Shown here: piece by piece, positions 60,856 to 64,000 of the stretch
Position numbering within the stretch: position 1 is the first letter of the stretch
Layout of the letters: each line of letters begins with the position of its first letter
Source: Saccostrea cucullata
Taxonomy: Eukaryota
DNA length: 64,000 bases
NCBI RefSeq assembly: GCF_032062105.1
Contig: NW_026923241.1
Span: 62,001-126,000 of the forward strand
Direction of reading: 5' to 3'
Program-made: the position numbers and the translations under genes
The notes under the pieces: generated by a model
Seen by the model: only the letters and a program-made list of their open reading frames with translations
Databases searched by the model: none
What the model was told of the DNA's origin: nothing

Positions 60856-62268
60856 AGAATTTACTAGCAATCTTTTTTAGCATGTTTCATGGTGATAAAG
60901 TCTTATTCATAAGGTTTGGGTAAACCTAGATAGTTTTTCTAGTGAAATGTGGTTAACATAAAAGTCAACTTCATTTTATTAATAGATGGGATCCTGGGGA
61001 TGAAGGAATTAAGTCTAATTTGGTTGTTACAGGAGTTGTTTTTTTTAATTAACACATACATTAACATCTAAAACAATCTTTGTTTTAATATTTGAATTTA
61101 TAGTGTGATAAAATAATAATTTTTTAAATGGGTAGGGGTGTTTTCAAACAGTAAAAAATAAATCAATATATAATTGAAAAAAAAACTTTTTACTACTAAT
61201 TTCAAAATTGTCTCAAAATCCTCAATACAGGTAAAGTTTGACACTTGGGGTATTTCACTGTGTATTAAATCGCTTCCTGTGTATAGGGATTAGGAGAAAG
61301 ATGTCCACAGGTAGACTGCTAGCCCCCAAGGCTTTCACACCTGTGCAGAATAAGCCCCTCCCTCACCTGGAATTTACCACCCGGTAAAAAATCTCTGCCT
61401 TTAAGCCCCGCCTCTGTGCCTAGCTAGAACTTTTAATTGGCTATTTGCTACACCAGTTGACATTCGGCCGAATTTCTATCCTTTGTACATTTCAACAGTG
61501 AAGGAATGCTGTGTAAATTTCAGAAGCTAATTATGTAATGTCGTGAATGCCATACCTTACTGAAAGTCCAAGCTTAACCGGGAATTGTCCTACTTGTATT
61601 TGTGTTTGTTTGTATAGCCTACTGCACTAACCTGTGCAACTGTTGTAAGTTTGTTTAGTATCTTGGTCTCCAGTTTTAACGAGGCTTTTATAGATAGGGG
61701 CTCTCAGATATAGCAAGATACCAATCAAATATGGCAGGCAAAATCCTTTTACAAAACGTGTTCAGCTTTAACTATGAAATTAAGCTATGTAAGTAAATCA
61801 AGCTACATAGCTAAATCTAGTGACTATACCAGACCTGACAAGCTGACTGTCTACATTGAACAATTAAGATAAAGATTTGTGAATGTGCTACATGTTGCAG
61901 CTGGATCATTTTCTTTCTGAATGTCCTTATCTTTTAGCTAGCAGTGATAGCTTCATAGAAAAGTGAATACAATGACTGCAATCATACACTGATCTCACAA
62001 ACAGTAGTGATTTGTCGGAGAGTGGGAAAATGAATTATTCATTCTTTTTTTAATGCCCAATGCTGTCCTAAAATAACTGTTTGCAATACTTTAAAAAACA
62101 TAATCTGAATTAGTCATTACTTCCAAATTTGTTGACACCGGCAAGTCTGGAAACAACAGACCACGTCAGACCAGTGAAATTTCTACGTGACATTGCACAC
62201 ACGTGCGGCTCTCCGACATTGGAAAACCCCCTTCTGCAAATAACCTCGCTTTCGAATGAGAATTCGCC

Positions 62269-63398
62269 TAGCCTAGGTCACGCAAGTCGTTTGACCCCCC
62301 ACTCAAACGCCTTGGAGCATACTGTAGATAAAATTTACACCACGGGGCGGCGCTGTTAAAGAACGTTAACTCTAAATATTTATGGCGACTCCGCGGAAAG
62401 TAAACATTATAGCGAGCGCAGCGAGCGTCGCGAAGCGACGCTCGCGAAGCGAGCTCAATAGACTAACGTGTAAGAACAGAGGAAATTCGGATTGAAATCT
62501 GTACATACGTCAGCCAAATTTCTCTGTGCAACATTCCCAGAATTCCTGCACTACCCAATGTCCTTTGCGCGAATATTGCCGAATAAATAAATAAATAATA
62601 ACGTAAAGCATATATCAGACTTTCAGTTTGTAGAAATCTTTCAAAGAAACAAGAAATAACTCTGCAATGGTTTTCGACAAAAATTGCACTAGTTCTATAG
62701 TTTCAAACAGACGCTCGGCTGTTTTAAGCTCCGACGAGCTTTGTGACGTGTATGACGTCACAGCTAGTCGAGATATTCGTGCGGCTTGACGTTCGAAGTG
62801 GCTGATCTCAAGTGTTTTTGATGGTACAACTGCGCTCGCCCCAACGGTCACACCGTAAAACATATTATTTAAAAAGTAAATGAGCTTATACTGTCAAACA
62901 TTCTATACATTTCGTTTTTTTTAAGTCAGCTAGTGATTAGAAAGTGTGTACTCCAACATTTAGACTGCTGATTATTTCAACTGCAAACTCCTACACCTGC
63001 ATACGCACTGTGTGTACTGTACCAGATGACTAATGACCTATATAAATTACTATGGCACACTGTAAATTATCTTCAACTTCAAGCTTCAATTTCGGTAAAA
63101 TAACGTATTAACAGCGACTTCCCATAACCCGTAGGTAGCACTGCAAATATGTCCAACCTATTTGCTAATTTCTCCAGGCATACTTTCTGTGATGTTTTTA
63201 AAGGAAAGTCGATTGTAAGATCAGCCAAAACTCTGGCAATCGTGATGTCAAACGTTTATTTTTGTTCAACCAATCACAGGCTTTATCAAATTCTGGATAA
63301 GCCTCGTTCTGAAGTAAAAATATTTATAGTGGAATGCTCCTAGACGTTTGGTGTGAGACCATGCATCGATGCAACAAACGTGTAGGTGACCTAGACTA
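62269..63398. mobile_element. non-autonomous TIR element with TAG...CTA ends and perfect 9-bp TSD (AcademH-like)
   Basis: TAGCCTAGGTCACGCAAGTCGTTTG ... CAAACGTGTAGGTGACCTAGACTA. TSD GAATTCGCC at 62260-62268 and 63399-63407. Confidence 0.8.
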
Positions 63399-63718
63399 GA
63401 ATTCGCCACGTCTGCCACATATATTAATGCGCGTGTGGATATTTCTTACTTTGTTTCCTATAATTTAACCATTTTTATGCTTAAAATATATTTTGATAAA
63501 TTTAAATAAGTTTTAAATTCAGAGTTATGAAAAAAATTATCACTTATTTTGTAATTACCAGCTTTAACGTTTAAAGACTATATTTAAGCGACATCATATC
63601 CTGTTGTATGTTCTTAAGTTCACTGTATATTTAGAATCAAAACAAAAATTAGCATATGGATGTCTGTTTTAGTGTTGGATGAAGCGGTGTAATATAACTA
63701 ATATACAATAAGTGATAA

Positions 63719-63823
63719 ATGACTTCACTACTAGTTAAGTTTCTCATCTTCTCAGCCATACTTCCATTGCTGTCGTTCGCGAAAAATGGAAGTAAAAGCC
63801 AGCCAAATTCCTGCTTTTGCAAG
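63719..63823 (+). CDS. ERO1: first coding exon of an ERO1-like ER oxidoreductin (gene continues beyond the window)
   Basis: Signal-peptide-like MTSLLVKFLIFSAILPLLSFA followed by ...NSCFCK|gtaag (phase 0). Metazoan ERO1 exon 1 ends in CFCx. Only 35 aa are visible. Confidence 0.65.
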
Positions 63824-64000
63824 GTAAGAACACCCAAATTCGAATTTCCTCTTCAATTCATTAACAGTGTACATGCTGCAACTACAATGCAATATTTGTA
63901 GGATTGTTATCTTGAATACATTTTTTATGAAACTCCAGCTCATCAAAATTTGAGAGCAATACAACTGACTACGTTTTCACGAATAAATTATTAACAAAAA

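Overview
AT-rich, intron-containing animal genomic DNA, most likely an oyster (Ostreidae): it carries Cg170-like ~166-bp satellite units and typical bivalve repeats. By hand-splicing GT-AG exons with consistent reading phase I reconstructed five near-complete genes: PARP16 (+, 2107-5102), an ARHGEF33-like DH-only RhoGEF (-, 9259-32126, with candidate alternative first and last exons), TDP1 with an N-terminal PBZ zinc finger (-, 40656-49891), B9D2 (+, 51571-53343) and NDUFAF7 (-, 53804-~60278). The first coding exon of an ERO1-like gene (+, 63719-63823) sits at the right edge, and there is a possible gene start at the left edge. Introns and spacers hold many non-autonomous repeats: a decayed LINE 3' end, TIR elements (CACTA-, Sola-, Academ-, Tc1/mariner- and Kolobok-like ends), Helentron/HINE-type satellite arrays, and long palindromic elements. 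No intact transposase, CRISPR array or prokaryote-type system was found, and I found no clearly new protein-coding system. The most unusual signals are: (1) a strand-specific hairpin grammar (C-GNA-G triloop, often with tandem G.A pairs) shared by unrelated repeats; (2) a CACTA-like element carrying a tRNA-like Pol III unit; (3) a tandem array built from an exon's own splice donor; (4) an in-frame TAG in the last NDUFAF7 exon. Gene and repeat family names come from remembered motifs, not database searches.
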